64,000 bases of DNA from SAR202 cluster bacterium (lineage in GTDB: Bacteria; Chloroflexota; Dehalococcoidia; Lucifugimonadales; Lucifugimonadaceae): positions 10,940 to 74,939 of the forward strand of contig VGZT01000005.1 of assembly GCA_016872495.1 (NCBI GenBank), in the 5' to 3' direction. Positions 1-8,282 of this stretch are shown one piece after another. Numbering within the stretch: the first letter of the stretch is position 1; each line of letters starts with the position of its first letter. The position numbers and the translations under genes are program-made. The notes below the pieces were generated by a model. It worked only from the letters and a program-made list of their open reading frames with translations. It had not been told where the DNA came from and made no database searches.

Positions 1-137
1 GCCGGAAGTATAACGCAGTATCGCAATCGCTTCATGGCATGTATATTTCGCTCTCGCGCAGAAGCGAGAACCACAAGAAAACGCTGCTATCCCGATGACC
101 GGAAAGGCCCCCGGGGTTAAGCGTCGGGAGGTCGTTT

Positions 138-1781
138 ATGAACGGCATCGAAGCCGTAGCACGGATCCTGAAACTTGAGGGCGTCGAGTGGATAGCCTGC
201 TACCCCTCTAACCCGCTCATCGAAGCGGTCGCCAAGGAGGGCATCCGACCGATCCTCTTCCGCCAGGAACGTGGCGGGATCATGGCCGCCGACGCTTACA
301 GCCGGATGATGAATGGCACGAAGTTCGGCGTCTTCTGCATGCAGGGCGGGCCGGGCTCCGAGAACTCGATGGGTGCCGTCGCGCAGGCGTTCGCCGACAA
401 CGTCCCGATCTTGCTGCTTCCGACCGGGCTCGGCCTCGATCGCGTGGGCGTACGCCCGACCTTCTCGGCGGTGCGCAACTACCAGTGGATCACGAAGTCG
501 GCCGAGGCGATCAACCGTATCGACCAGGTCGTACCGATCATGCGCCGCGCCTTCCATGCGTTGCGCAACGGCCGGACCGGACCGGTGCTCGTCGAGATGA
601 CCGGAGACGTCTGCGCGCAGCAGGTACCTGACGCAGCCATGAACTACGTGCCGCCGAAGGCCTCGCTGCAGCGGCCATCCGCCAGCGACGTCAAGGACGC
701 CGCAAAGCTGCTCCTGAATGCAAAGAAGCCCCTGATCTGGGCGGGCCAGGGCGTGCTGTATGCCAATGCATCGAAGGAACTGACCGCGCTGGCCGAACTG
801 ACCGACACGCCCGTGCTGACCACGATGCCGGGTAAGAGCGCGATCGACGAGCGACACCAGCTGGCGCTCGGCGCTGCGAACCGCACCGCTCCCAAGGCGG
901 TCTGGGACTGGCTTGGATCTTCTGACGTGATGCTGGCGATCGGCTCCAGCCTGACCAAGACGCAGTACGGGATCGACGTACCGGGCGGAAAGGTGATCAT
1001 CCATTCGGTTGTGTCGCCGGAGGACATCAACAAGGACGTGGCTGCCGACATCGGGCTGCCGGGCGACGCCAGGCTGGTCCTGCAGGAGCTGATCGAGCAG
1101 GTCAAGGCCACCCTTGGCGCCAAGGGTCGCGGCACGGAGTCCAAGACGGCTCCGCAGGTCAAGAAGGTCAAGGAAGCCTGGATGAAGGAGTGGGCGCCCC
1201 TGCTCACGTCCGATGCGGCGCCGATCAACCCGTACCGCCTGATCCACGACATCGACGCCACGCTTGACCGCGAGAACTCGATCGTGACCCACGATGCCGG
1301 ACACCCGCGCGACCAGATCATGCCGTTCTACACCGCTACCGTTCCGCACAGCTACATTGGGTGGGGCAAGACGACCCACCTCGGCTACGGGCTGCCACTC
1401 ATGATCGGGTCGAAACTCGCCCACCCGGGCCGCTTCTGCCTGAACTTCATGGGCGATGGCGCGTTCGGCATGTCCGGCCTTGACCTGGAAACATCGGTAA
1501 GGGCCGGGGCGCCGATCACGACCGTGGTCCTGAACAACGGCGGCATGGGCGGCTACGACCGATCGCTCCCGACCGCGCTTGAGGTGTTCGGGACGTCCAA
1601 GATGACGGGCGACTACTCGAAGATCGCAGAGGGACTGGGCGCGGTGGGCATCAAGGTAACCAAGCCCGCCGAGATCGTGCCCGCCCTCAAGAAGGCGCAG
1701 CGGCTCAACGCGGAAGGCAAGTCGGCCCTGCTCGACGTGCACACGGCGTTCGAGATGCGTTTCTCGCGCGTCGAAAAGTAG
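138..1781 (+). CDS. Thiamine-diphosphate-dependent enzyme (acetolactate synthase / sulfoacetaldehyde acetyltransferase-like family)
   Basis: 547-aa ORF. N-terminal ThDP-enzyme fold (GVEWIACYPSNP, FRQERGG). C-terminal GDGAFGMSG...NNGGMGGY ThDP/Mg motif. GGGAGG SD just upstream of the ATG. Confidence 0.85.
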   Translation: MNGIEAVARILKLEGVEWIACYPSNPLIEAVAKEGIRPILFRQERGGIMAADAYSRMMNGTKFGVFCMQGGPGSENSMGAVAQAFADNVPILLLPTGLGLDRVGVRPTFSAVRNYQWITKSAEAINRIDQVVPIMRRAFHALRNGRTGPVLVEMTGDVCAQQVPDAAMNYVPPKASLQRPSASDVKDAAKLLLNAKKPLIWAGQGVLYANASKELTALAELTDTPVLTTMPGKSAIDERHQLALGAANRTAPKAVWDWLGSSDVMLAIGSSLTKTQYGIDVPGGKVIIHSVVSPEDINKDVAADIGLPGDARLVLQELIEQVKATLGAKGRGTESKTAPQVKKVKEAWMKEWAPLLTSDAAPINPYRLIHDIDATLDRENSIVTHDAGHPRDQIMPFYTATVPHSYIGWGKTTHLGYGLPLMIGSKLAHPGRFCLNFMGDGAFGMSGLDLETSVRAGAPITTVVLNNGGMGGYDRSLPTALEVFGTSKMTGDYSKIAEGLGAVGIKVTKPAEIVPALKKAQRLNAEGKSALLDVHTAFEMRFSRVEK

Positions 1782-1794
1782 GTTCGGATCAAGC

Positions 1795-1828
1795 CAGGGG
1801 CGTTCCAGCGGACGCCCCTGTCTGTTTC
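1795..1828 (+). terminator. Hairpin plus T-rich tail after the ThDP enzyme gene
   Basis: CAGGGGCGT (1795-1803) pairs with ACGCCCCTG (1812-1820) around an 8-nt loop, followed by TCTGTTTC. Confidence 0.5.
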
Positions 1829-1848
1829 AGGCGGATCGGCACACATAA

Positions 1849-3024
1849 ATGAAGATCTCAAGTTTCCGCACTCTCGTCCTGGGCACGCCGTGGCGCAACC
1901 TGACCTATCTCGTCCTTGAAACCGACGAGGGGCTCACTGGCATTGGCGAGGCGCGCGTGCTCGGCAAGACCCACACGGTCACCGAGTACCTGAAGGACGC
2001 CCAGCGACACTTCGTCGGTCATGACCCGTTCGATGTCGAGGCGCTGTACCGCAGGATGACCCTGTTCGACTTCGGGAAGCCCGGCGAGGTGGTCCACACC
2101 GGGCTCGCGCTCGTCGAGATGGCCTGCTGGGACATCATCGGCAAGGCGTGCGGACAGCCGGTCTACCGGCTGCTCGGAGGCAAGGTCCGGGAGACCGTGC
2201 CCGCTTACGCCAATGGCTGGTACACGGTGGAGCGCAAGCCGGAGGACTTTGCGCTGTCGGCCCGGCGGGTGCTCGACCGTGGATACAAGGCCATGAAGTT
2301 CGACCCCTTCGGCGCCGGTGACCTGGAGCTATCGCGCCAGGAGTTCCATCGTTCGATCGAACTGATCGAGGCGGTGTTCACGGTCACGAAAGGTCGCGCC
2401 GAGATCATGCTCGAGATGCACGGCCGCTTCGCTCCGCACCAGGCGCGCGAGATCGCAAGGGCGGTCGAGAAGTTCGAGCCGGCGTGGATCGAGGAACCGA
2501 CGCGGCCCGGCGACATCCCGGCGCTGCGGTCCGTGCGACAGCACTCCTCACTGCCGATCGCGACCGGAGAGAGGCTCTACGGGATGCCGGAATTCCGTGA
2601 GCTGTTTGCCCTGGGCCTGTGCGACGTCGTGCAGCCCGATATCACGCAGTGCGGCGGGATCCTGGAAACGAAGAAGATCGCGTCGACCGCCGAGATGCAC
2701 TCGGTGATGACCGCGCCCCACAACGTGGGCGGCATCGTGTCTACGATGGCCGCGCTCCAGCTGTGCCTCACCCTTCGCAATGGCAAGATCCTCGAGCACT
2801 TCAACGACTTCGCAGACGAAGGCATCAAGCGCGCCGGAAGCAACTACCCGGAAGTCGTCAACGGCGAGTTCAAGGCGCCGAACCTGCCCGGCTGGGGGAT
2901 CGAGCTCAACGAAGACTTCATCAAAGAGCATCCGCCCCGAATGGTTAACGGCGTCATCCAGGACCCGGGTTTGCAGATGTTCGAAAAGGTCGACTGGGCC
3001 AAGCGGGGCCAGAAACCGCGCTGA
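1849..3024 (+). CDS. Enolase-superfamily enzyme (mandelate racemase / muconate lactonizing family, acid-sugar dehydratase-like), paralog 1
   Basis: 391 aa. N-terminal capping domain (LVLETDEGLTGIGEA) and TIM-barrel region (KFDPFG, EMHGRF, IEEP, ATGERLY, DVVQPD). Confidence 0.85.
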   Translation: MKISSFRTLVLGTPWRNLTYLVLETDEGLTGIGEARVLGKTHTVTEYLKDAQRHFVGHDPFDVEALYRRMTLFDFGKPGEVVHTGLALVEMACWDIIGKACGQPVYRLLGGKVRETVPAYANGWYTVERKPEDFALSARRVLDRGYKAMKFDPFGAGDLELSRQEFHRSIELIEAVFTVTKGRAEIMLEMHGRFAPHQAREIARAVEKFEPAWIEEPTRPGDIPALRSVRQHSSLPIATGERLYGMPEFRELFALGLCDVVQPDITQCGGILETKKIASTAEMHSVMTAPHNVGGIVSTMAALQLCLTLRNGKILEHFNDFADEGIKRAGSNYPEVVNGEFKAPNLPGWGIELNEDFIKEHPPRMVNGVIQDPGLQMFEKVDWAKRGQKPR

Positions 3025-3059
3025 CGGTCGGCAGGTGAACGGGCGTCTCGTGCCCGTGG

Positions 3060-3902
3060 GTGGTCCGGAGGAAGCGATTGGCCCACGATGCCCCGAGACA
3101 CGAACATCCCGAACTGGTCGATGAGACCCGGCGTATCTGGGACGCCAATGCCAACTGGTGGGACGACCGCATCGGCGACGGCAACTCATTCCAGGACCAC
3201 CTGATCGAGCCGGCCAGCGAAAACCTTCTGGCGGTCAGACCAGGACAGGAGATCCTCGACATCGCCTGTGGGGCGGGCCGCTTCACCCGGCGCATCGCTG
3301 CACTGGGCGCCAGGGTTGTTGCATTCGACCAGTCCGAGAAGTTCATTGAGCGAGCGCGCGCCAGGACCGTGGAGCAGCGCGACCGGATCGACTATCGCGT
3401 GATGAATGCCACCGACGAGGCGGCCCTCCTCTCGCTGGGCGAGGGACGCTTCGACGCCGCCGTATGCACGATGGCGATCATGGACATGGCGCAGATCGAA
3501 CCACTGCTGGCAGCATTGAGCAGGCTGCTGAAGGCGGACGGGCGATTCGTGTTCTCCATCACCCATCCGGCGTTCAATTCGACCGGCAGCAGGTTACTCG
3601 CCATGGAACGCGTCAGCGAAAGTGGCCGGCATTCCAACGCGTTTGGGGTCTGGGTCAGCGACTATCTCACCCCGGGTGCACGCAAGGGGGAGGGAATACC
3701 CGGCCAGCCCGAGCCCCAGTACTACTTCCATCGACCGATCAGCCTGCTGCTGAACCTCTGCTTCAAGGCCGGCTTCGTCCTGGATGGTTTCGAGGAGCCG
3801 GCCCTCCCACCGGGAACGAAGGGATCGATGCCGCTGAACTGGTCCTACTACCAGGCGATCCCGCCCGTGCTTGTCGTGCGTTGCCGCCTCAGCCTGCCCT
3901 GA
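3060..3902 (+). CDS. Class I SAM-dependent methyltransferase
   Basis: Motif I ILDIACGAGRFT followed by VVAFDQS. The start may instead be TTG 3078, which has a GGAGGA SD 5 nt upstream. Confidence 0.8.
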   Translation: MVRRKRLAHDAPRHEHPELVDETRRIWDANANWWDDRIGDGNSFQDHLIEPASENLLAVRPGQEILDIACGAGRFTRRIAALGARVVAFDQSEKFIERARARTVEQRDRIDYRVMNATDEAALLSLGEGRFDAAVCTMAIMDMAQIEPLLAALSRLLKADGRFVFSITHPAFNSTGSRLLAMERVSESGRHSNAFGVWVSDYLTPGARKGEGIPGQPEPQYYFHRPISLLLNLCFKAGFVLDGFEEPALPPGTKGSMPLNWSYYQAIPPVLVVRCRLSLP

Positions 3903-3964
3903 AGCGACGACACACAGCGCGCTGCCGGGAGCTGGCATTAACGGCGGACTGGGCCGGGGATGGG

Positions 3965-3995
3965 AAGGGCCGCCCCGTTTTGCGGGACGGCCCTT
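3965..3995. terminator. GC-rich hairpin between the methyltransferase 3' end and the rnpB 3' end (possible bidirectional terminator)
   Basis: AAGGGCCGCCC / GGG(A)CGGCCCTT, an 11-bp stem with one bulge. No clear U-tract on either strand. Confidence 0.4.
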
Positions 3996-4002
3996 ATCGG
4001 TC

Positions 4003-4400
4003 CAACGACAAGGCGGACTGTAAGCCGAGTTCTGTTCCGGGCGACGTGGGGTTTACGGCTTGCGCCTTCGTCCCCCGCCTCGCCAGGATGGCGACCATCC
4101 ATCTAGGTCCCGGCTTGCGCCGGGACTCGAGCGGCCAACCCGGAGACTGGCCGGGCTCCTGCGTCTCCCTATTTGGCCTTGCACCGGATGGGGTTTACCG
4201 TGCCTCCGATGTCACCACCGGAGCGGTGAGCTCTTACCTCACCATTTCGACCTTACCCCGATTCGCATCGAGGCGGTGTGTTTTCTGTTGCACTTTCCGT
4301 CGGGTCACCCCGCCCCGCTGTTAGCGGGCATCCTGCCCGGTGGTGCTCGGACTTTCCTCCCCGATTAGATCGGGGCGGCCGCCCGTCCTCCTTGTCACCT
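4003..4400 (-). ncRNA. rnpB: RNase P RNA, bacterial type A
   Basis: The reverse complement carries the universal blocks GGAGGAAAGTCCGAGC (P4 5' strand), GGTAAGAGCTCACC, GCAAGGCCAAATAGGGA and ACAGAACTCGGCTTACAG (P4 3' strand). P1 is formed by GACAAGGAGGAC (plus-strand coordinates 4385-4396) pairing with GTCCGCCTTGTC (4007-4018). Ends are accurate to about 5 nt. Confidence 0.9.
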
Positions 4401-4419
4401 GAATTCTACTCTGCGAGCC

Positions 4420-5814
4420 CTACCCGGAAACCCGCATGGGACTCGTCGACTCGGAGCGCAGGTTCACGGTGACCTGGTCCTCGGTGGCAATAATGCTTTC
4501 GACCAGCGCCGACATCACGCGTCTTGCGAGCGACCGGTCGCTGGAGCGCGCCTTCGCAATTGCCTCTGGCAGCGTCAGGCTGATCGACTCCGCGCGCGGC
4601 CCTTTGGCGCGGATACGTCGCAACTGGGCTCTTGCGGCGGTGAACTCGCCGATCTGGCCGTTACCGGCAGCGACCCGCCGGATGATGTTCCGCACGCGGC
4701 GCACGGCCATGTCCACGTCGTGCTGCGGGCCGCCCTCGTCAATGTCGACCCGCCTTTCTACTCCCGCGGCCAAGTCGGACGCGGCAAGCTGCTCCAGGCG
4801 ATCAAGGGCGGCGGACTCGAGAAACTCCGCTCGGAAACTCGAATGGCGCTTGCCTCCCAGGGGACGCCCCGGGCACTCGTAATAGCGGTAAGACCGGGCG
4901 GCCGGCGTGCCGTCCTTGCGTACCCAGTTGCGGGCTCGCAGGAGTCCGTGCAGGGTCCGACCGCACTCGGAGCAGGGTACGAGGCCAGCCAGGGCGTAGC
5001 CATCGCGCTGCCGGGGACGCCGCATTGGACGGCGCTCCGCCATGGCATCCTGGACACGGTCGAACGTCGCCTGGTCGATGATCGGCTCATGGTTGCGCGG
5101 AATCCTCACGTTTCGCCGCTTGTAGAAGCCCACATAAGCCTGGTTCCGCAGGATCCCCGCGATGCTGACGGTCGTCCACAGCCGGCCGGCGCGTGTCCGC
5201 AGGACGCGCCGGTTGAGTATTGCGGCCATTCTTCGAAGGCCGAGCCCACCTTCGGGCCCGGCGCCGGAGTACAACTGAAAGATCTCCTTGACCACCGGCG
5301 CCTCATCCGGCCGTGGCTCGAGAAGCCCGTCCAGGCCGATCCGGTAGCCGTAGGGCGTGCGTCCGAGCACCTCTCCGCGCTCGGCCTTGGACGAGATCGC
5401 AGAACGAATCCGGGTCTCGCGATCGACGAGGTGGAGGCTCGGCTTGAGCAGTTTCAGTCCGTTTTCGAGCGGGTCGGCCAGCGGCGAGGCCGTGCACCGC
5501 ACGTCGATGCCCAGGTTCTCCAGCAGCAGGACGCGATCGATGAACGTATTGAGTTCGCTGGCGAGGTGCGGGCTCTCGGGTATGACGACCACATCGGGGC
5601 GCGTCGCGGGGTCGCTGCAGCGCTCCAGCAGCTGGTTGAACTGCTCCTCCTCGGGAAGGGGCCCCTGCTGCCCGGCGGTATCGAGGCCGAACACGGTGAC
5701 GAGTTCCTGGTCGCGATCGCGGCAGTAGGTCTCGAATTGTGTGCGCGGCGATTGCCGGAGCGTGAGGGCAGGCGTCCCCTCGACACCGGGGCGGAAGTAA
5801 CCGAAGGCCCGCAC
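4420..5814 (-). CDS. Large serine recombinase homologue with a degenerate (probably inactive) resolvase domain
   Basis: Recombinase domain (GRTPYGYRI, RRVLRTRAGRLWT, ILRNQAYVG). Zn-ribbon CSECG...YYEC and a coiled-coil tail. The N-terminal domain aligns to resolvase but reads VRAFGYFRPGVEG where Y-x-R-V-S-T is expected. GTG start at 5814, 4 nt after the upstream stop. The track ORF (to 6066) over-extends into the upstream gene. Confidence 0.75.
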   Translation of the reverse strand: MRAFGYFRPGVEGTPALTLRQSPRTQFETYCRDRDQELVTVFGLDTAGQQGPLPEEEQFNQLLERCSDPATRPDVVVIPESPHLASELNTFIDRVLLLENLGIDVRCTASPLADPLENGLKLLKPSLHLVDRETRIRSAISSKAERGEVLGRTPYGYRIGLDGLLEPRPDEAPVVKEIFQLYSGAGPEGGLGLRRMAAILNRRVLRTRAGRLWTTVSIAGILRNQAYVGFYKRRNVRIPRNHEPIIDQATFDRVQDAMAERRPMRRPRQRDGYALAGLVPCSECGRTLHGLLRARNWVRKDGTPAARSYRYYECPGRPLGGKRHSSFRAEFLESAALDRLEQLAASDLAAGVERRVDIDEGGPQHDVDMAVRRVRNIIRRVAAGNGQIGEFTAARAQLRRIRAKGPRAESISLTLPEAIAKARSSDRSLARRVMSALVESIIATEDQVTVNLRSESTSPMRVSG

Positions 5815-5818
5815 GGAA

Positions 5819-6619
5819 CTAGCTCGCCAGCAGGATCCGCCCACAGCTGCTGCAGGTAACCAGCGCCTGGGAGTCCTTGAGCTTGGCCGTCTCGCGCAAT
5901 GGGAGCTTGAGGCGGCGCGGACACTGGCAGATGCCTCGCTCCACGCGCACCACGGCCAGCCCGCCCTTGCGTTTGAGGATCGATTCGTACGAAGCCAGGT
6001 CGGCCGGGCTGACCTGGGCGGTAATCGACTGCCTGCGCCGTTCGAGCTGCTTGTAATCGCGCCCAAGGCCCTGGCTTTCGGCCTTCAACTCTGCGCCGCG
6101 TACGTTCCACTCCGCCTCGCGCCTGGCGAGTCCAGCCTTCTTCTCTTCAAGGCGCTGGTTGGCCTCCTGCAAGTGTGATTGTGCAGGGGAGATCGATTCT
6201 TCTGCCTGGGCCAGATTGCGCTTCGCCGCGTTGTGCTCTTCCTGCAACGCCGTCAGCTCACGCATGTTGGTGATCGTGCCCGAGTAGAGCCGGGCTTCAA
6301 TCTGCTGCAGCCGCTCGCGGATGGAACCCAGCTCCGACTGCACCTTGGAAGAATGGACCCTGGACTCGAGCGATTTCACGCGGGCCGCTTCGGCCTCGGC
6401 GCGCAGTGCCGGCAGGCCGGCTTCGGCCTTCAGCTCGGTCATCAGCTTCTTGTACGCGTCGCGTTTTTCAGCGAGTTGGCGGTCGATTTCCTGCAGGTCG
6501 AGAAGGCTTCTAGCGGAAGTCAATTTGGCAAACGACTCCACTCGTGGGCCACCGCGGCCCGTTAAAGGGGATAGCCAGAGTCTAGATACGGCCCATGCCG
6601 GTGTCAACTTGAACGCCAA
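5819..6619 (-). CDS. COG1579-type coiled-coil protein with C-terminal C4 zinc ribbon (DUF164 / zf-RING_7-like)
   Basis: Long heptad-rich region. C-terminal CQCPRRLKLP...VTCSSCGRIL matches the CxxC...CxxC ribbon of this family. The real start is possibly GTG 6541 (VESFAKL...). Confidence 0.8.
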   Translation of the reverse strand: MAFKLTPAWAVSRLWLSPLTGRGGPRVESFAKLTSARSLLDLQEIDRQLAEKRDAYKKLMTELKAEAGLPALRAEAEAARVKSLESRVHSSKVQSELGSIRERLQQIEARLYSGTITNMRELTALQEEHNAAKRNLAQAEESISPAQSHLQEANQRLEEKKAGLARREAEWNVRGAELKAESQGLGRDYKQLERRRQSITAQVSPADLASYESILKRKGGLAVVRVERGICQCPRRLKLPLRETAKLKDSQALVTCSSCGRILLAS

Positions 6620-6725
6620 AAGGGCGGCTGGCGGCCAGAGACCATGCCGGCTGAAAGCCGCAGATCGGTACGAAGCGCATCCTGTGAGCCTTGCGGCAGG
6701 CCACTAACGGCGAGAAGATACTGCC

Positions 6726-8282
6726 GTGAAATACGACTATCACATCCCGCAACACGTCCTGAAACGCCCCAAGACGCGTGTGGTCTGCACCCTCGGGCCG
6801 GCAACCGCATCGGTCGAGGCCATTCGCCGGCTGGTCGAAGCCGGGATGTCGGTGGCGCGGATCAACCTCTCGCATTCAACCCACGAGGTACATCGCGCCA
6901 CGATCGCCAACGTGCGGACGGTGGCGGCAGAGTGCGGGCTCCCTGTTGCGGTCCTGACTGACCTCCCTGGGCCCAAGTACCGGCTGGGCGTACTGCCGGC
7001 CAGCGGCATTGAGGTCGCCGTGGGCAGCAAGTTCACGCTAATTAGTGGAGCCGGTACCGCCGGGCGGTATCACGCCCCGGTGCTTCCGGCGGGGCTGGAT
7101 CGGGACGTCTCGGCGGGCGACGAGATCCTGGTTGACGATGGGGCCATACGCCTGGTCGTCGACCAGAACCAGGGCGATCGGATCCGCTGTACCGTCATCG
7201 AGGGCGGGGTCATGAAGTCCAGGAAGGCGGTGGCCGTTCCGGGGCGAATCTCGCAACTGCCCTACCTCACGGAGGACACGAAGCTGGCGCTCGACTTTTC
7301 GGTCGAGCAAAGTGCCGACTTCGTGGGGTTGTCCTATATCCGGACTGCGGACGACCTGCATCGGACCCGCACTTACATCCGCGAACGGGGGCTGGACGCC
7401 CAGCTGATCGCCAAGATCGAGCTGGCCCAGGCCGTCGAAAACATGGACCCGATCCTGAGCGGGGCGGACGGCGTCATGGTGGCGCGCGGCGACCTTGGCG
7501 TTCAGCTGCCGTATGCGCAGCTGCCCGGGGTACAGAAGCGCCTGATCAGGCGAGCAAACGAGCTTGGCAAGGTCGTAATCACCGCCACGCAGATGCTGGA
7601 GTCGATGATCCACGCTGCGACACCAACCCGCGCCGAGGTTGCCGACATTGCGAACGCGATCCTGGACGGGTCGGATGCGGTGATGCTGTCGGCCGAGACG
7701 TCGATCGGCAAACATCCGACCGAGGCGACGATGGTAATGGCGGAGACCGCGCGGGAAGCCGAAAAGCTGCTCGACCACGAGGCGCTGGCGAGCAGGCGCG
7801 GCGCGCGCATCAATTGCCATGTCGACGACGCGATCGCGTTCTCGGCCTGCTGGACCGCGGCCGAGATCAAGGCAGCGGCAATTGTCGCGTTTACCGAGTC
7901 GGGTTCCACGGCAGCACGCGTCGCATCGTTCCGGCCGCGCGCTCCCATCATCGCCCTGTATCGCGATCCCGCGGCGGGCCGGCGCCTGGCGCTGCGCTGG
8001 GGCGTGATTTCGTTGCAGGCGCCGAAACTGAACAGCGTGCAGTGGATGTTTCACGAGGCATCGCGCGCGGCCTGCGAATCCGGGTTTGCGAAGGAAGGCG
8101 ACTACGTAGCGGCGGTGGTGGGAATGCCGATCGGCATTCCCGGCAACACCAACCTGCTGCGCGTGATCAGCGTTCCCGAACCGGAACCGCCCTTCCCTGC
8201 CAACATCATCAGCGCGCACTCCCGTCCGCGGCGGGAGGCGTCGACGCGTGCTTCAAAGGCGCGCTCGCCGCGGCCTGGATAG
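6726..8282 (+). CDS. pyk: Pyruvate kinase
   Basis: RTRVVCTLGPAT, ARINLSHS, MVARGDLGV, ATQMLESM, SAETSIGKHP. The C-terminal roughly 45 aa are low complexity and overlap the convergent gene. Confidence 0.9.
   Translation: MKYDYHIPQHVLKRPKTRVVCTLGPATASVEAIRRLVEAGMSVARINLSHSTHEVHRATIANVRTVAAECGLPVAVLTDLPGPKYRLGVLPASGIEVAVGSKFTLISGAGTAGRYHAPVLPAGLDRDVSAGDEILVDDGAIRLVVDQNQGDRIRCTVIEGGVMKSRKAVAVPGRISQLPYLTEDTKLALDFSVEQSADFVGLSYIRTADDLHRTRTYIRERGLDAQLIAKIELAQAVENMDPILSGADGVMVARGDLGVQLPYAQLPGVQKRLIRRANELGKVVITATQMLESMIHAATPTRAEVADIANAILDGSDAVMLSAETSIGKHPTEATMVMAETAREAEKLLDHEALASRRGARINCHVDDAIAFSACWTAAEIKAAAIVAFTESGSTAARVASFRPRAPIIALYRDPAAGRRLALRWGVISLQAPKLNSVQWMFHEASRAACESGFAKEGDYVAAVVGMPIGIPGNTNLLRVISVPEPEPPFPANIISAHSRPRREASTRASKARSPRPG

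Noticed and set aside
117-1742. Very long antisense or out-of-frame ORFs. Examples: 117-1742 (-), 22259-23392 (-), 26537-27964 (+), 41473-42483 (+), 42883-44445 (+), 53210-54976 (+), 55545-56984 (-).
   Set aside because: Each lies entirely opposite or out of frame to a gene with clear family motifs. Their translations are Arg/Gly/Pro/Ala-rich low-complexity strings, typical of stop-codon-poor shadow frames in about 65% GC DNA.
3464-4324. 286-aa ORF and other ORFs covering 3950-4400.
   Set aside because: The region is explained by RNase P RNA on the opposite strand. The translations have no protein-like features.
4003-6066. Integrated mobile element or prophage remnant at rnpB, with the serine recombinase as its integrase.
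   Set aside because: No flanking direct repeats, att-like duplication of the rnpB end, phage genes or compositional shift were visible. The recombinase-like protein lacks the catalytic Ser/Arg residues and is translationally coupled to a housekeeping-type gene.
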